From an uncultured Verrucomicrobiae bacterium (GTDB lineage: Bacteria; Verrucomicrobiota; Verrucomicrobiia; Limisphaerales; JAFGQR01): a stretch of DNA of 64,000 bases. The notes beneath the pieces were generated by a model. That model made no database searches and had not been told where the DNA came from. It worked only from the letters and a program-made list of their open reading frames with translations. The position numbers and the translations under genes were made by a program. The stretch spans positions 32,001 through 96,000 of the forward strand of contig CAWBHS010000078.1 of assembly GCA_963788655.1 (NCBI GenBank). Reading direction: 5' to 3'. This document shows, piece after piece, positions 60,836-64,000 of the stretch; the first letter of the stretch is position 1; each line of letters starts with the position of its first letter.

Positions 60836-63800
60836 TTACGGCTGATTGCGCAGCCGGTAATAGCCGGTGCCCGGGCCCGGCAGCGTAAGGTTCACCGGAC
60901 TGGCGTCGCCGCCGTCCACGTCGGTCCAGCCATCCGGGTTGGTAACGTCATCATTTTCTTGGAGCACATAACCCGCACCAACCCACGAGATGGTCACCTG
61001 ATCCGCCGAGCGCTCGATCGTCAACGAAGGCGGCGGATTCGTTGCCACCAGTAGATGACGCGTCATCAGCTCGTTGGCTTTGGCGGTAACCGCAGCTTCG
61101 TCTGGCAGATCGCTCAAGTCGTAAACGGCCAATTCATCAAGGCGCCCCTGGAAACCGTTTGCGTGGGCGGTGTTGGCGGCGCCGACGACCAGCAAGCTGC
61201 TGACCGTGATGCCCCGCGAAAAGGTGTCGCGGACATTGCCGGAAGCCACCCCATCCAACCAGCATTCCAGGCGATCCGCCACCCCGTTGATGCCATCGCC
61301 GTAAAACACCCACATCACATGGTGCCAGTTACTGTCGTTGAAGGTGGGACCCGCGTCGCTGCGACCCGCAGCCCCACCAAAGGTTTCCAATTGGTCCGGC
61401 TTGAAGTCATAAATAAACGCGGGCGAATTGTCGGGGGCGCCGCCGAAGTTTATCAGATAATTCTGGCGATCTCCGTCATCAGGCGTGTTCGGTCCCAGGG
61501 GCTGCATCCAGAATTCGACGGCCCAAGGGCCTTCCAGTTCGCCCTTGGAAGTCGAAAGCTCGGCAGCCTCGAAGAAATTGCCACCGTTGAAATTGGCCGC
61601 CAATCCCAGTTGGAGACCGCTGCCAATGACGCTGTGTTCCACGCGTCCGGCCCCATTCGGCACGAGCTCATTCTGAGCATTCACCGGAGGTGGCAGCGTA
61701 ATGGGTGCGAGTTGGAGCGCATTGCCATCGACCTCGTCGAAATTCCAATAAAGGACGGGAGAATCCGCCAACACCGTTTCGGCGTAACTTAGACCGCCAC
61801 TGGTCATGGCCGAATTTCGATGGCTGGCCACCATGGCGCTAACTTGCGTTTCGACTTCCTGCTCGGTGACCAGACCGGAGAGGTCATAAACGGCAAGTTC
61901 GTCGAGACGCCCTTCGAATCCGTTCGCCCCATCCGTTGTCGCGGCGCCGACCAGCAGGAGGCTGTTCACGGTAACGCCTGCCGAATAAGTGTCGCGAACA
62001 TTGCCGGAAACCACCCCGTCCAACCAGCATTCCAAGCGATTCGCCACCCCCACGGTACCATCACCGTAGAATACCCACATCACATGGTGCCAATTGCCGT
62101 CGTTGTAGGTCGGGCCCGCCATTGCTCCGACCGGCGGCACCGCCAAAGACTTCCAGTTCATCCGGTTTGAAGTCGTAAATGAACGCCGGCGTGTTGTTCG
62201 GCGAACCGCCAAAGTTGATCAGGTAATCCGCCCGATTATCGGTGTTCGGTCCCCTTCGCCTGCATCCAGAACTCGACCGCCCACGGCGCGCCCACCATGA
62301 CTCGGCCAGTGCGAAGGGCATTGGCTTGGTAAAAGTTGGCTCCGTTGAAGTCGGCCGCGTTGCCCAGTTTATCCAGGCCGCTGCCAATCGCGCTGTGACT
62401 CACCCGTCCGGCGCCAGCCATCGGAACCAAGTCGTTCTCCGAGGTTACTTGCGGCTGGCCCAGCGTAGCCTGTTGCACGGCGTTCCCGACATACTCATCA
62501 AAGGACCAGTACAGGAATGGATCATCGCGCAGCACTTCAAACGCATAACCAGTCTGGGCGGGCGGTTCGGCTGGTTCAGGGACGGTCAGGATCGCATCGT
62601 CGCTTTGCTGCACGGCCGCACCGGACGTCAAGCGGACGCTGTACGAACTGGTGCCGATGTCGGCAACCTGTAAGATGTGGGGTGGTGAAAGAGGGATCGG
62701 TGGCCCCGGCAATGGCCAGTCCATTCTTCAACCACTGGTAGTGCAGAGACTCCGGCGGCGCGTTCAAGACGTTGGCCACCACGCCGAACGAAGCCGTCGT
62801 ATGAATCTCCGCCGTGGTATCCGCCGGTTGTTGCGTAATCACAATCTCAATATTCCCGGGATCGCCAAAACCCGCAGCGTAATGCGTTGGTGCCATGTCC
62901 GAAACCTTGGCCAGCACGTCCGCTTCGGTGCCCAAACCGCTCAGATCGTAAACGGCCAATTCGTCCAGGCGGCCTTCGAAACCACCAGCACCGGTGTCCA
63001 GTGCGGCGCCAAACAGCAGGCTGTTGTTCAGGATGAGAGAACGGGAAAAGTTGTTTCGAACATCGGGCACTACCGCGCCATCGATATAGGCATCGACGCG
63101 GTCAGCCACGCCGTTGGTGCCATCCCCGTAATAGACCCAGAACACATGGTGCCATTGCGTGTCAGACACATGGGGCCCACTACCCGTCCGCCCAAAAACC
63201 TGGGCATACATTTCCAGTTCCTCCGGATTGTAATCATAAATGAAGGCGGTGGCGTTGCCGTCGAAGTTGGCGATGTAATCCTGGCGATCGCCTGCGCCGA
63301 GAGTATTGTCGCCCTGGACCTGCATCCAGAACTCCACCGCCCACGGCGGCCCCAGCGAAGAGCGGCCACTATCAAGTTTCATCGCCTGGAAGAAGTTGGT
63401 GCCGCTCAACTCAGCCGCACCTCCGAGTTCCAAACCGCTGCCAATCGCGCTGTGTTCCGACCCGCATCGCGTCAAACGTTGCCACCAAATCATTGTTCGC
63501 ATTGTCCGGCGGCGGAAGGACCACCGGTGCTAACTGGTGCGCGTTGCCATTCGCTTCATCGAAGTTCCAGTAAAGCATCGGTTCATCCAGGAGTACCACG
63601 TCCGAATAGGTGTTGCCGGTGTCAAAGCTACCTTCAAAATAATGATCGACTGCCATTTGTCCCGCCTTCGCCGCCACGGCGGTTTCATCGGCCAAGCCGC
63701 TGAGATCATAGACTGCCACTTCGTCCAAGCGACCTTCAAAGCCATTCGAACCATCCGGCTTGGCCGCCCCAATGCGGACCACGGTCGCGTTAAGCCGCTT

Positions 63801-64000
63801 GCCAAAGCCGTTGGAGATGTTGTCGCCCACTTGCGTTCCGTCCACATAGGCGTCCACACGCGCGGCAACGCCATCGACCCCGTTGCCGTAATAGACCAAT
63901 AGCACGTGGTGCCAGTCCGAATCGGTGATGGCCGGCCCGAGCGTTCCCGTGCGACCGCCGGTGCCCCCGAACAGTTCGAGCACGTCCGCATTGAAGTCGT
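60836..64000 (-). CDS. Large secreted multi-LamG (ConA-like) protein with an Ig domain and C-terminal sorting-type domain; 5' end outside the window, several frameshifts
   Basis: Four repeats of LYWNFDE...WAVEFWM...WHHV...GRLDELAVYDL; ITQQP...YQWLKNG Ig domain; VTISW..YVLQ..W..YYRL terminus. Confidence 0.82.

Noticed and set aside
60836..64000. LamG repeats as a diversity-generating retroelement template and variable pair
   Set aside because: Differences are not adenine-specific, all repeats are coding, and no reverse transcriptase is present in the window.

Overview
High-GC bacterial chromosome segment. A Verrucomicrobiota (Pedosphaera/Limisphaera-like) origin is my inference from the C-terminal sorting-type domains, DUF1080/Gfo/LamG content and repeat families. 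The backbone carries housekeeping genes (tyrA-aroA-cmk-plsC, Nif3, queG, purE, ruvB, hppA, queE, gdhA, tRNA-Phe) and many glycan-use genes. Two accessory regions stand out. (1) At 9.56-13.31 kb, an integron cassette array on the minus strand: six clear or moderately degenerate attC hairpins plus one vestigial one, seven cassettes including a toxin-antitoxin cassette, and an attI-like site, but no integrase gene nearby. (2) At 44.2-50.3 kb, an island downstream of tRNA-Phe containing a ~5 kb element bounded by 86-bp inverted repeats. The repeats enclose a Cys-rich ORF, a ParB-like protein, IS21 istA/istB and a TOPRIM primase-like gene; a lone attC and a probable phage terminase fragment follow. 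Intergenic DNA holds about eight REP/REPIN families, two MITE types with 3-bp TWA target duplications, and heptamer-repeat hairpins. Many genes, including conserved housekeeping ones, are split by single-base frameshifts that are most likely sequencing or assembly errors. All calls come from reading the sequence and from remembered family motifs; no searches were run.
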